A stretch of 64,000 bases of DNA from the human T2T-CHM13v2.0 reference genome, Homo sapiens. Where the stretch lies: assembly GCF_009914755.1 (NCBI RefSeq), contig NC_060931.1; one strand, 5' to 3'. The position numbers and the translations under genes were made by a program. The notes under the pieces were generated by a model. The model was not told the origin of the DNA and made no database searches. It saw only the letters and a list, made by a program, of their open reading frames with translations. Below, in pieces: positions 37,330 to 51,798 of this stretch. Each line of letters opens with the position of its first letter. Within the stretch, counting starts at the first letter, position 1.

Positions 37330-40300
37330 TTGTTTTTAACAGTTTTTTGAGGTTTCATTGAATATAAGAAACTGTACATATTAAAACATATGATTGGAAA
37401 AATTTTGGCGTATATGTACACCAAAATCTAGATAGTCAGCCATACTTTTCACATGACTTTTGTAACCATTTCACCCTGACCCTCTCCAGCCCTCCTCCCC
37501 TGATCCTTGGCAACCACTGTTTTGCTTACTGCCACTAGAGATTAGTTTGTATTTTCTAGAACTTTATATAAAGGGAGCAATATCATATGTATTCTGTTAG
37601 GTCTAGCTTCTTTCATTCAGCATAATTATTTTGAGATTCATCCATGTTGTAGAATGCATCAATAGTTTGTTTCTTTTTATTGATAAATGGTATTCTACTT
37701 ATGACTATGCCACAATTTAAACTAATTGGTATGGATGCTCATTTGAATTATTAGGTTTGTTTTCAGTTTTGGGATATTACAGATAAAGCTGTTCTAAACA
37801 TTCATATGCAAGTCTTTGTATAGACATGAGCTTTTATTTCTCTTGAGTAAATACCTGGGATTTAAATGGCTGAATCTTATGGTAGGTATACTTTTTACTT
37901 TATAGTTAAGTGCCAAACTGTTTTTCTTTTACATTTCTACAAGAGATATATTAAAATTCCAGCTACTCCACAACTTGCCCACACTTCATATGGTCATTTA
38001 TTTTAATTTCAGCCATCTGAAGAAATGTATAGTAGTATCCCATTGTCATTTTAATTTGCATTATCCTGATGACTGATGATGTTAAGCATTTTTATGTGCT
38101 TATTAACCATCCACATTTTTTTCTTTGTTAAAGTGTCTGTTCAAATCTTTAGCCCATTTTATACTGAGTTGTTTGTTTTCTTATTACTGGGTTTTGAGAA
38201 TTCTTTATATTTCTGGATACAAGTATTTTATCAGATGTAGGATTAGAAAATATTTCTCCTGATTCTAGGGCTTGGCTTTCTATTGTCTTAAGTGTGTCTT
38301 CCAAAGGCCAGGAATTTTTAATTTTGATGTTTAATTTATTAGTTTTTTTTTTTTCTTTTACAAATCAAGGTTTTGGTGTCATATTTAAGAAATCTTTGAA
38401 CAACACACACTGTGGCCTGTTGGCAGGATGAGGGGAGGGAGAGCATCAGGACAAATAGCTAATGAGTGTGGGGCTTAATACCCAGGTGACAGGTTGATAG
38501 GTGCAGCAAACCACCATGGCACACATTTATCTATGTAACAAACCTTCCAGTTCTGAACATGTATCCAGGAACTTAAAGTAAAATAAAATTTTAAAAGAGA
38601 GAAAGAAAGAAATATTTGCCAAATTTAAGGTCACAAAGACTTTCCTCTGTTTTCTTCTGAAGGTATTATAGTTTGTAGTTTTTACATTTTGAGTTAATTA
38701 TTATATGTGATATAAGGTACAGTTTAAGGTTCCTTTTGTTTGTTTGTTTGTTTTGCATATAGACTTCCAGTTGGTCCTGTACAATTTGTTGAAAAAATTA
38801 TCTTTTCTACACTGATTTTTCTTGGCACCTTTGTAAAAAATCAGTTGTTCATATATGTGTGAGTTGTTTTCCAGACTGTTGACTCCATTGCGTCATATTG
38901 ATGTATTTGTCTGTCTTTGAGTTTATTCTTCTCTTTTGTATTTAATTGGTTTCTGCTTTGATTTTTATTTCTTTTCTTCCATTTTTTCTTTTTCTTTTGA
39001 GTTTAACTTGCCCTTCTTTTTCTTGTTTCTTAAGTTACATATGAAGTCATTTACTTGAAAAATTTTATTTGGTTTCAGTATTGGAGTATTTTCCAGATAT
39101 TTTTTCTGTATTGATTTCTAATTTAATTGCATTACGGTCAGGGAGTATTCATGTATGACTTGAATACAAGTAAGTTTATTAAGAGTCGTTTTATGGCACA
39201 GATTATGGTCCCTCTTAGTAAATGTTTTGTGTACACTTGAAAATAATGTGCATTTTGCTATTGTTGGATGAAATGTTCTATAAATGTCAATTGTGTTGAG
39301 TTGGTTGATAGTATTATTCATCTCTTCCTTGTCCTTATGGTCTACTTGTTCTATCAGTTACTGAGAGAAGGGTATTTAATTCTTCAACTATTACTGTAAC
39401 TTTTAGATTTATTCTTGTAATTGTACATATTTTGGTGTCATGTATTTTAGAACTGTGTTATTACACACATAAATATTTAGGATTGTTATGTTCTCTTGAT
39501 GAATCGAGCCCTTATTCATTAGGAAATAAACTTATTTACTTTGGTTATATCCTTTTCACTTTAATCTGCTTTATCTAATATTAACATAGCCACTCCATTT
39601 TTCTTTTACTCTGTGTTAGCATGGTATGAGTTTTTTATCCTTTTAGTCTTAACCTCTTTGTTTCTTTATATTTAAAATGTGTTACTGACAGATGACACGT
39701 AGTTGGGTCTTGCTTTTGTATTCAAACTGAAAATCTCTGACTTTTAATTGGAGTGTTTAGACCATTTACATTTAATCTGATGATTGATAGTATATTATTA
39801 AATTAAATCAGTCACCTTGCTACTTGTTTTCTTTTTTCCATCGATTCTTGGTTTCTGCTTTACTCATTTTCTGTCTTCATTTGGATTAAGTGAGTACTTT
39901 TTATGATTTTGTTTTATCTCTTTTGTGAGCTTATTTATAGAACTTTGATATTTCAGTGATGGCTTTAGAGTTTATGGTGTACACATTTAACTTAAGACAA
40001 TCTACCTTCAAGTGATATTATATTATTTCATGTGTAGTATAAAAGCATGAATTAGCATACTTCCATTTCTCCCTTTTTGGCCTTTAAGCTATTGCGATTA
40101 GACATCTTACTTCTACATATGTTATAAACTCCATGCCACATTGTAACTTTTAAAATTAATCATTAGTTTTTAAAAAAATTTAAATAGGTAATAAGAAAAA
40201 ATTACATTTTTCTCCATGCACTACGGAGTTACAATTTCCAGTGTTCTTCATTCTTTTGTGTATATCCATATTTCCATCGATTCCTTTTACCTGAAACCTT

Positions 40301-40520
40301 TAATGTAGCACAGTCCCACTACTGATGAATAATTTCAGCTGTCATATGTTTTTGTTTCACCTTTAGTTTTGAAAAATTTATTTCCTTGATATAGAGTTTT
40401 AGCCTGAAAGTTATAGGGTTTTTCTTCTTTAAATACCTTAAAGATGTTGCTCACTGTCTCCTTTCTTGCATTTTTTTCTGAGGAGAAATCTGTCATCTTT
40501 ATGTTTGTTCCTATATATGT
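37330..40520 (-). mobile_element. Old antisense L1M fragments
   Basis: T-rich L1 motifs; ORF 39118-39321 resembles the L1 endonuclease region (DIYRTFHPT..TLFSS). Confidence 0.82.
38397..38595 (+). mobile_element. L1PA (older) 3' tip nested in L1M
   Basis: gggagagcatcaggacaaatagctaatg...gcagcaaaccaccatggcacac. Confidence 0.85.
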
Positions 40521-40524
40521 AATG

Positions 40525-40762
40525 ATTGAAGTTAAGTTGCTATCAGCTTAAAATAGACTGTCACAAATATAAGGTTTTTATATAAGCCTCATGGTATACA
40601 AACACACAAAAACACCTATAGTACCTCTTACCACTTGCATTCAACAAAGTCCTGAAATTCTTAGCCAGGGCAATTAGGCAAGAAAAAGAAAAAAGAAGTG
40701 TCAAATAAGAAAAAAAAAAAGTAGGCAGATCATATGATCTTAAAATTTGAAAACTCTAAAGA

Positions 40763-40799
<37 letters not shown>

Positions 40800-42171
40800 G
40801 TTAGAACTAATAAATGAATTCAGTAAGGTTGCAGGATATAAAATCAACATAAAAAAATTAGTTGCATTTCTGTTCACAACAAATCTTCTGAAAAAATAAC
40901 TAAAACATCCCATTTGCAACAGTATCAAAAGAATAAAATACTTAGAAATAAACTTAAGAAGCTGAAATACTTGTACACTGAAAACTATAACCATTGATGA
41001 AAAAATTAGAGAAGACACAAATAAAATACATCCCATGATCCTGAACTGGAAGACTTGATATTGTTAAATGTCAATACTACCCAAAGCAATCTACAGATTT
41101 AGTATAACCTTGATCAAAATCCCAATGGCATATTTTACAGAAATAAAGAACTCACCCTAAAATTAATAAGAAACCACAAAAGATATCAAATATCCAAATC
41201 AATCTTGAGAAGAAAAACAAAGCTGAAGGCATCACACTTCCTGATTTCAAAATACATTACAAAGTTATAGTAATTAAAACAGTATAGTACTTGCCTAAAA
41301 ATAAACATGGAGGCCAATGGGACAGAATAGAAAGCCCAGAAATAAATGTATGCATATATAATCAACTGACCTTTGACAAGGGTGCAAAGAGTACACAATG
41401 GGGAAAGGATGGTTTATTCAACAAATGATATTGGGAAAATTGGATGTCCACATGCAAAAGAATGAAAACTGGACTTTTATCTGCACCATACACAAAAATC
41501 AACTCAAAATAGGTTAAAGATATCAGTATAAGAAACTGTAAAACTTAAAATGAAACTGTAAAACTCTTAGAAGTAAACGTAGTGGGAAAGCTTCATGACA
41601 TTAAGTTTGACAATTATTTCTCGGATATGATGCCAAAAACACAAACAACAAAAGCAAAATTAAATAGGTAGGACTACATCAAACAAAAAGCCTCTGCACC
41701 ACAAGGGAAATAATCAACAGAATGAAAAGGTAGCCTACAAAAAGGAAAAAAAAATTGGAAACCATATATCTGGTAAGAGATTAATATCTAAAATATATAA
41801 GGAACTCCTATAACTCAATAGTAAAAAACAAAAATAAAGAATAAATAACCTGATTTAAAAATAGGCCAGGAAGTTGAAAAGACATTTCTCCAAAAAAGAC
41901 ATACAAATGGCCAACAAGTACGTGAAAAGATTCTTGACATCACTAGTTATCAGGGAAATGTAAGTCAATACCACAATGAGATATCTCACACCTATTAGGA
42001 TGACTATTGTTAAAAAATAAATAAATAAATAAGTGTTGGTGAGGATGTGGAAAAATTGGAACCCTTGTATATGACTGATGGAAAGTAAAAAGTTGCAGTC
42101 TCTATGGAAAACAGTATGGAGGTTCCAGAAATAATTAAAAATAGAATTACCATGTGACCCAGCAATTCTAC

Positions 42172-42216
<45 letters not shown>

Positions 42217-42782
42217 GTATAAGAATACGCACATTAATTCCAATAATCTGGATATATTAATATATATTCAAAAGAACTGAAGTCAGTATCTCGAAGAGGT
42301 ATATACACTCCCATGCTCATTGCATCATTATTTCTAATAGCCAAGATATGGAAACAACTTAAATATTTATTGGCAGATTAACAGATAAAGAAAAATATGA
42401 TACCTACACAAGGAAATATTAATAAGCCTTTAAAAAGGAGGAAGTCCATATGGAACAACATGGATGAATCTGAATGACATTATGCTAAGTGAAATAAGCC
42501 AGTCGCAGAAGGACAAATACTGCATGATTTCTCTTAAATGAGGTGTCTAAAACAGTCAGACTTGTAGATGCAGACAATAGGATGGTGGCTGCTAGGGACT
42601 GAGCAGGGAGAGAAACAGGGAATTGCTGTTCAGCGGGAATAAAATTTCATTTATGTAAGACGAATAAGTTCTAGACATTAACACTACAACATTGTGCCTA
42701 TAGTTAGCAATATTGTATTGTATTGTACACTTAAAATTTTAAGAGGATAGATCTCATGTGAAGTGTTCTTACCACAAAAAAT
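40525..42782 (+). mobile_element. L1MA-like ORF2 3' half and 3'UTR, with (CA)n at ~40765 and ~42178
   Basis: aaagctgaaggcatcacacttcctgatttcaaa; tgttcttaccacaaaaa terminus. Confidence 0.88.
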
Positions 42783-43464
42783 CAATCTGCACAATAACTC
42801 TAAAATAGAGGTAGTGTAATTTTCCCTATTATCAAATGAAGAATATAAGACTTAGGGGGTTAAAAAACTTGTCTAAGTCCTCCAAGACAGAAATTGGCAG
42901 AAACAAGATCCAAACCCAGGACTTGCAACTCCAGAAAACACAAATGATGAAATTATTGAATACTAGATTTGTCATTATAAAAGTCATACACTATAATCTA
43001 TATATACTGCTTGCTGTTTTGTAGTTAATTACCTTGTAATGTATTAATTATTATAGTTACATCCATCATGATATTTGTCAGATTAACTGTATTACGAGTT
43101 TTTATTGAGACAGTGTGGACTTCACTCCTATATCATTAGTCTTCTTAGTCTGTTGTTCATAAAACTTGTTCAGCTATTCATGCAGTGTGATAATTTGCTT
43201 TTAAATTAAAAATATAAAGGGAAATTTGATCCCAGTCATATTATCTCAGTATATACTTTTAGAAAAGAGCTCCGAAGCACAGGTAGGGCTGCTAGAGGGG
43301 AGCATAACTGTCCATTCTACCTACTTTTTGTGACAGGAAATGGGGATTAAGGATACAGATTTAGAAGCTGAATAATAATTATAGTCTGATTTTTAGTATC
43401 AGACTAAAAATCAGTTATCAAAGTCCTGACATCTGTCCTGACTTGGATAAATGTTTAACCATCA

Positions 43465-43760
<296 letters not shown>

Positions 43761-43894
43761 TAGTTTATAAAAGTACCCTTTGCCCCTCTTTCTACCTAGT
43801 CCCGCTGTTTAAATGACTCCCTTAATATCTGTTATGTGGGAAAAACCAGCTGAAGTAGACTCACATTGAATCCTTTTTACCTCTGTCAATGATC

Positions 43895-44020
43895 AAGACC
43901 AGCTACATAGTTTGTGGGGTCCAGCACAAAATGAAAATGTAGAGCCTCTTCTTCAAAAACTATTAAGAACTCCAGAATGACAGCAGCAGAGCATTAAGCC
44001 AAGAGTCATGCCCTTCTAAA
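43895..44020. mobile_element. MER45-like hAT fragment
   Basis: ccagctacatagtttgtggggtccagcacaaaatgaaaatg. Confidence 0.65.
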
Positions 44021-45198
44021 TCTTTCTTACTTTTAAACCAAAGTGCAATACATGCACATTAAATAAAATTGGGAAAACTGAGATGAGAAAAATATAATCC
44101 ATAGATCCAATAAGTAAGAACAGGTACTATTAGTATATTGATATATTTCTACATAGGTGTCTTTTTTATGGGAAATTTTTTTAAAACATAATTATAATAG
44201 GATACATATTTTTCCTGCATTTTTACAGGTAGCATTATATCATACATCTTTTCCACATTATCATTTAATCTTAATAGCCAATGCTTTGGGAGGTTCCCTT
44301 CTCTTATAGATTTGGAAAAAAGTTTGAAAGAAATTATCACCTGCTTCATCAAGTTTATCTATTGCAATGAAGAGACCTTGTGGAGAGAAGAGGGAAAACC
44401 ACACTGGGTTTTAGTACCAGTCCTTCCAGTGACTGGCTGAGGCCCTGAACAAGCTTCTTAACTTTCTGAGTTCCATTTTCCTGCTCTATAATAGATAAGA
44501 ATAAGAAAAGTAAATAGCAGTAACACAGTAATAGTATGAATAGTAACAATACTAGCTGTCGATTGTTGATTCCCTGGCAAATCTGTAGTGCCAGAAGTGT
44601 CAGTTATTGTGCTAGGCATTTACAAAACAAAAACAAAAACAAAAACAAAAACAAAAAAAAACACATTACCTCAAGAATAGTCCACAAAATCTTTCAGAGG
44701 AAGAATAAGCTTGAAGAGGTAAACTAATAGTTTTCAATACCTGTTTTAAGTCTTTAGTAGTTAAGACAGCATAGCATTGGTGCAGTGACAGACAAGCTGA
44801 CCAGCCCAATAGCAAATAGAATACAAAAACAGACACAAAACAATTGTCACCTGATTTATGGTAAAGGCAGTTCTGCAGTATAGTAGGGAAATGATGGTCT
44901 TCAAAATACGCTGCCGGGACACCTGGTTAACTCTATGGGGAAAATGTACATTGACTTCTACTTGGCATCACATACAAAAACTAATCCCAGGTGTTACATA
45001 TCACATCCAAATATGAAAGGCAAATGACAAAGATTGTAAGGTAAAACATAGAAAAACATCTGTGTGACCTTGGAGTAAAGATTTCTTAAAACTACACAAA
45101 AAGCATAAATTGTAAAAGAAAAAAAATTGATAAATTGGACTTCATTAAAATTTTGAAATTCTGTTCATGAAAAGACACCATTAAGAGAGTGAAAAGAA

Positions 45199-45521
45199 AG
45201 CCAGGCACGGTGGTTCACGCCTGTAATCCCAGCACTTTGGGATGCTGAGGTGGGTGGATCACCTGAGATCAGGAGTTCAAGATCAGCCTGGCCAACATGG
45301 TAAAACCCCATCTCTGCTAAAAATACAAAAAATTAGCTGGGCATGGTGGCAGGTGCCTGTAATGCCAGCTACTCTGGAGGCTGAGGCAGGAGAGAATTGC
45401 TTGAACCTGGGAGGCAGCTGTTGCAGTGAGCTGAGATCATGCCATTGCACTCCCGCCTGGGCAACAAGAGCTAAACTCCATCTCAAAAAAAAAAAAAAAA
45501 AAAAAAAGAGAGAGAGAGAGA
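45199..45521 (+). mobile_element. AluSq-like
   Basis: TSD aagagagtgaaaaga. Confidence 0.94.
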
Positions 45522-46298
45522 AAGAGAGTGAAAAGACAATCACATAAACTTTCATTGTAATACATGGTATTTAACAAAGTTCTCACTTCTACAGTATATA
45601 AACAACTCATGAAAATTGAAAAGAAAAATACAGTTCTAATAGAAAAATGAGAAAAAATGTGGACAATTCACAAGAGAGAATATCCAAATTGTCACTAATC
45701 ATTTGAAAAGTTGTTCAACTTTATTAGTCATCGAGAAAATGCAAATAAAAACATGATAGTTCTCACCCATCAGACAGAAAGAACCAAGTCTTAGTCAGCA
45801 TATAGAGCAACCATGGCTCTCTTGCACTATTGGGGGGTTTATAAAATAGGGCAACCACTTTGAAAAACTATTTGGCAGAATCTAGTGAAGCAGAGCATAT
45901 ACACACTTTACGACTCAGCAATTCCTCTCCTAGGTGTAACACTAGAACTGTGTACATATGTTCATCAAATAAACATTTACAGCAACCTATAAATAGTAGG
46001 GGGAAAAAAAAACTTAAAAACTATCCAAATGTCAATCAGGAATAGAATGGATAAATAAGTTGTGGTATAGTCACGCAATAGAATACTGTGTGGCAATAAG
46101 AATAAATTATCCGCAACTCTATAAAACCAAATGGATGAATCTCAAAAACATAATGTTGAGTGAAAAGACCCAGATACAGAAGAGTATACAATGCACAATC
46201 TCATTTATATAAATTACCAGAAAATCAAAACAAGTTATGCTGTTAGAAATCGGGATAGTGGTGACCCTTGGTATAGGTGAGTGCTAAGAGTGACTTGA

Positions 46299-46607
46299 GG
46301 CCGAGCGCGGTGGTCACGCCTGTAATCCCAGCACTTTGGGAGGCCGAGGCGGGTGCATCACAAGGTCAGGAGATCGAGACCATCCTGGCTAACACGGTGA
46401 AACCCTGTCTCTACTAAAAATGAAAATAAAATAAAACAAAATAAATAGCCGGGCGTGGTGGTGGGCACCTGTAGTCCCAGCTACTCAGGAGGCTGAGGCA
46501 GAATGGCGTGAACCCGGGAGACGGAGCTTGCAGTGAGCCGAGATTGCGCCACTGCACTCCAGCCTGGGCGACAGAGCCAGACTCCGTCTCAAAAAAAAAA
46601 AAAAAAA
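46299..46607 (+). mobile_element. AluY with expanded A-rich linker
   Basis: gagatcgagaccatcctggctaacacgg, gaatggcgtgaaccc, gagcttgcag diagnostics. Confidence 0.94.
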
Positions 46608-46967
46608 CCGACTGACTTGAAAAGAGCATGAGATGGACTTGTGGGTGCTGGTAATGATGGGATTCTTGACCTGGATACCATGATACGGGCAAATTCCGTT
46701 TGAAATGCACTGATCTGTATGTACCCTTATGTGCATTTTTCCATATATTAATGATACTTGTAAAAAAGTTAAAAATATATATTACTTTTAATTTGTACCC
46801 AACTAGTTAAGTAATATCCCCATTTTAAAGATGAAAACAATTAACTTTCTGACTTTCTTTTTATTCTAATTTCTATTGGCCTTCTTATTCTATTAAAGTT
46901 TCCAAATTTCTCTGCCCAAGGATAAGATACTTGAATATTTAAAACAATACTGCAACAAAGATTTCTT

Positions 46968-47031
46968 CTTTCCCTCCCTCCCTCCTTTCTTTTTCTTTCT
47001 TTCTTTCTTTCTTTCTTTCTCTTTCTTTCTT

Positions 47032-47072
<41 letters not shown>

Positions 47073-47383
47073 CCTTTCTTTCTTTTTCTTTCTCTCTTCT
47101 TTTTTGAGACGGAGTTTCCTGTTGCCCAGGCTGGAGTGAAATGGCATGACCTTGGCTCACTGCAACCTCTGCCTCCTAGGTTCAAGCGATTCTCCTGCCT
47201 CACCCTTCCAAGTAGCTAGGATTCCAGGTGCCCGCAACCAAGCCTGGCTAATTCTTGTATTTTCAGTAGAGATGGAGTTTTACCATGTTGGCCAGGCTGA
47301 TCTCTAACTCGTGACCTCAGGTGATCCACCCTCCTCGGCCTCCCAAAGTGCTGGAATTACAGGCATGAGCCACCATGCCGGGT
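46968..47383 (-). mobile_element. AluS with long (CTTT/CT)n tail
   Basis: TSD caacaaagatttctt at 46953 and 47384. Confidence 0.94.
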
Positions 47384-47462
47384 CAACAAAGATTTCTTAA
47401 ACAGTGCAAAGGTTGTTATTTCTACTAATGTCTATTTATTTTCTATGCATTTTATTCTGTAG

Positions 47463-47624
47463 GCGAGCAAAGGTCGGACTACAATCGTGGTAGCACACCG
47501 ACTTTCTACTATTCGAAGTGCAGATTTGATTGTGACCCTAAAGGATGGAATGCTGGCGGAGAAAGGAGCACATGCTGAACTAATGGCAAAACGAGGTCTA
47601 TATTATTCACTTGTGATGTCACAG
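47463..47624 (+). CDS. ABCB5: ABCB5 exon ~15 (162 bp), H-loop: [54 protein letters not shown]
   Basis: ctgtag| acceptor, CAG|gtaatg donor; absent from the ORF track. Confidence 0.96.
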
Positions 47625-47883
47625 GTAATGCTTATGTGACATAATGCTATGTCAGCAGGGTTTAACGTTTCAGAGATCATACCACACTAGAAAACAAAAG
47701 TTGCAAATTATAATCTTAAATTTCAAAAAGCAACCAAGGTTTATAGTTCCTCAGTAAAGAAATGGAGTGTTTCAAATCCTCAGTGTTGTGCTCAATAATA
47801 TGATGAAAGTTGAAGAACTAATGGGTACCTGGTACCTAATATCTGCCAGGCACACTTCAAATAGGCTTCAAAACTTGTATGTG

Positions 47884-48251
<368 letters not shown>

Positions 48252-49869
48252 TTACTTAAAGACTTAAAACTCAGCTACAGAGGCAAATTGCAAAATTGTG
48301 CATATAGATATTATTAGTTGTAAAAAGAAAAAGCAAGATTGATGGGGAGAGACAGAGCTATATTACCCACAAAAGGCTTCATGGAAGAGGTCTTTAAGGT
48401 TAAAAGGTGGGAGTTGGGGGTGAACATAAAGGACAAATTCAGGTAGGCAGAACAACAGCATAGAGGTAAGAAGGAACTTGGTGTGCGACTGAAACAAAAA
48501 GGAGGTAGCTTTCCTTAAGTACTTATGAGTGTTGAGGGTATAATGGAAAAGAGTTGGAAAATAACCATCAGATCATGGACGTTCTGAGAAGCCAGGCAGA
48601 AGGGTTGAGACTTAACGTATGTAGGAAGCACCTAAGACAATGCCTGGCACACAGTGGGCACTCAATAAACACTTGCTGAATGAAGGGATGCACACGTAAA
48701 ACCTTACTATGTGCATGCTACCACATCACCACAGATGGACCAGAAAGCTCATACTGGGCAATCAAGCTGGGGCATGATGATGCTGGAGGCACACGGCAAA
48801 TTCCCCTTCTTTAGGATCCATACTTGCGTGTGTCATGGATCCACCCTACTGGATTTCACATAACTTTCTCATTAGGGCACATTAATTTGAGTCATGGGAA
48901 TTAGGCTCTAGCTCTCTTCTTTGTTCTCGCCCAGCTTTCTTCTCTTGACCTGGAAGGCATCCTTTTTTCGAAGGGCTCTTCTACAGATAACTGATTTCAA
49001 CCCTTTTTGGTCTTCTTCAGCTTTCTGATAATATCTTTGATGTCAATATTATTATTTTATAAATTAGGAAATTTAGAAAGTTATGAGCCTCCATCTCCTC
49101 ATCAAGTTTATAACTTCAAATTTCAAACCCTAACTTTCTCCATTGTGCTAAAATGAAATATTTCTGAACATACCCTAAGAAGCAATAACAGTAAAATAGG
49201 TTTGAAAATGTAGTTTTTATTAATTGAAAAACTGTCTGATTCTCATTTTATTTCATATTAGTTCACATTTTGTGTCTCAAAAATAAAAGTGAGGTGTTAT
49301 TTGATAATCGAATTTTTATTCCACAGTAGACCTAATAATTTACGAGGTTTAATATTTTGAAACTAATATGAGTTGGAATAATAGGAAATAACTGGTCGAA
49401 TTAAGCCTATTTTAAGATTTTTTAAAAACTATTAATACTAGTATAGTCAGATCTTCCTTTGGAGTAGTACATCTTTATTTTTTATTGTAATTAAACTAAA
49501 AATCCATTATAGGTCTTAAGTTAAATGCTTTCACAATGTATAAAAAGCAAAAATGGTGTGTTTGTGGGATGAGTGTGTAAAAATTTTAAACACCTTATTT
49601 AAAATGGATTAGTATTCTCTGGTTACCTAAAATGATGCCCAATCAGATATAACAACACCGTTTTAAATATTAATACTAAGTATAATATTCTAAGCATGGT
49701 ACAGTAAATGTAACATACATAATATCTACACAAACACTTTTGAAATGTGAAGATCTGCACATTCTTATTTGCCAAGATTGACTGCGGTATCAAAATGTGT
49801 CAATTTTGATAATTCGTGATTATCACAAATATCACAGTTAATGCTGCTAAAATAATCCCGAGAAGCAAT

Positions 49870-50075
49870 ATAGCAATGTGGTTAAGATGATGAACTCTGT
49901 GGTCACTACAAGTTGACTCTACCACTTAATAGTTTTAGGTCCTTGAGCAAGTTATTTAAATTCTCAGTGCATCAATTTCCTAACCTTTAACAAGAGGGAA
50001 ATGGTAATAACCTATTAATAAATTATTGTGAGTATTAAACAGGCAAAATCATGTGAAGTACTTAGAATTATTGTT
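49870..50075 (+). mobile_element. MIR
   Basis: ccttgagcaagttatttaaattctcagtgcatcaatttcc core. Confidence 0.75.
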
Positions 50076-50432
50076 AGTGTAATAAATTTTATTATGTTAT
50101 TGACATTAACATTATTTTATCAAACTTTTTAGAAAAGTTCAAACTATGGAGACTAATATTATAATTATTTATTTAGACTGTCCATGGTTATATACATGTA
50201 TATTGCTTTAGTGAGTTTGTATGTGAAAATGAAATATAAACATGTAGAGATATACACATATCAAAACTTACTGTCATCATTATTTTGTCCAGCGACCTTC
50301 TCAAGAAAAGAAAATTTCCTTGACTTATTAAAGCACCTTCTCAGAAAATGTATTATGAAGAGAGGTCAAAGTTCTATTTTAAACTTGCCACAAAGTGAGA
50401 AACTCCTGGGGGCAGGGGAGAAAAGCCAAACA

Positions 50433-50590
50433 AGGCAGGACATGACGGCTGGTTCCTGTAATCCCAGCTACTTGGAAGGCTGAGGCAGGAGGACTGCTTG
50501 AGCTGAGGAGTTTAACACTAGCTTGGGCAACACAGTGAGACCTACTCTCTAAATAAGTAAATAAATAAATAAAAACAAAAAATAAAAAAT
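50433..50590 (+). mobile_element. FLAM
   Basis: Alu monomer with (TAAA)n tail. Confidence 0.85.
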
Positions 50591-50988
50591 TTCAAAGCCA
50601 TATAAAATATTTCTTTCATGGCAGAGACATTTACAGGAAAAAAGAGAAAATGATAGCAAAAAGGAATGCCTGATTAAAGATGTTTGGATAGTCCGGGGCT
50701 GGTTAAAGTTCATTGTCCCTTTAAATGACTGATTACAGTTGTTAGGCTTATCAAAGAATCACCGTGTCCCTGGAAACTCTTCCATGTGCACATTCTCCTT
50801 GTGCACCTAAATCGACCTACATTTTCCATCTCTTCCCCACGTTGGCCAGACCTGCTGGCAACTTAGCTGGGCTTCTCATTTCTCTTGTCCTTCTCCTCCC
50901 ATCTCCTCCTGGGAAAGTCATTGATTTACTCAAACCACATTCAAATGAACAGAGAATCTGTAGCTCCTTTATTTCACTAAAGTGGTCT

Positions 50989-51110
50989 TTTTAGTAGAGA
51001 CAGGGTGTTACCATGTTGGCCAGGCTGGTCTGAAACTCCTGGCCTGAAGTGATCCGCACGTCTCGGTTTCCCAAAGTGCTGGGATTACAGGGGTGACGAC
51101 TGCACCTGGT
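50989..51110 (-). mobile_element. Alu left-arm fragment
   Basis: ttttagtagagacaggg...cccaaagtgctgggattacagg. Confidence 0.88.
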
Positions 51111-51657
51111 CTTTAATGTTAATTTGATTGCTTTGGAATTTCTTATTGTTGAGGAGTAGGCCCTGTTAGTTTTGTGTTTTGTTCACAGTTCAGAATGGGT
51201 AGCAGGGGCAGGCCTGGAAAGCATGATTGTCTCCCAAGGTCTCTCTCAGGCCCAGCCTCACATATAAGTACCCAACTAAATACTACAAGGTCATAAGCCC
51301 CAGAAATGGCTAGGAGGAAGGCGTCAGAAACAGTATCTTCTGTCTCAAAAAGCTCCTGTTACTAAGATCTCTCCTTGTTAGTGATATAATTGCTTGGATT
51401 AAGGCATTGTTTTCTGCAGGTGATTATACATGTCTTTGGAAAAGAAAGGACAATGAGCTATTGTCAGTCACTAACATTTTAGTATGAGATAGACTTATCA
51501 GCTCTCTATCAAGCCTGAAAGCTGTTCAGCAAGAACTACATTAGAATATGCCACTTTCAATAGCAAAGGCGATAACAGCTTTAAAGAGATGCTTAATAAG
51601 TTTCCTTGAATTTTTAAGGCATTCTTATAATGATAACCTATATATTCTTCCTGTAAG

Positions 51658-51798
51658 GATATTAAAAAAGCTGATGAACAGATGGAGTCAATGACATATT
51701 CTACTGAAAGAAAGACCAACTCACTTCCTCTGCACTCTGTGAAGAGCATCAAGTCAGACTTCATTGACAAGGCTGAGGAATCCACCCAATCTAAAGAG
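51658..51798 (+). CDS. ABCB5: ABCB5 exon ~16 (141 bp), linker: DIKKADEQMESMTYSTERKTNSLPLHSVKSIKSDFIDKAEESTQSKE
   Basis: ctgtaag| acceptor, GAG|gtaatg donor; in frame with the previous exon. Confidence 0.9.

Larger units (their letters stand above)
44760..46775 (+). mobile_element. Old L1ME-like 3' portion, interrupted by two Alus
   Basis: ttgataaattggacttcattaaaatt; atggatgaatctcaaaaacataatgttgagtgaaa. Confidence 0.78.
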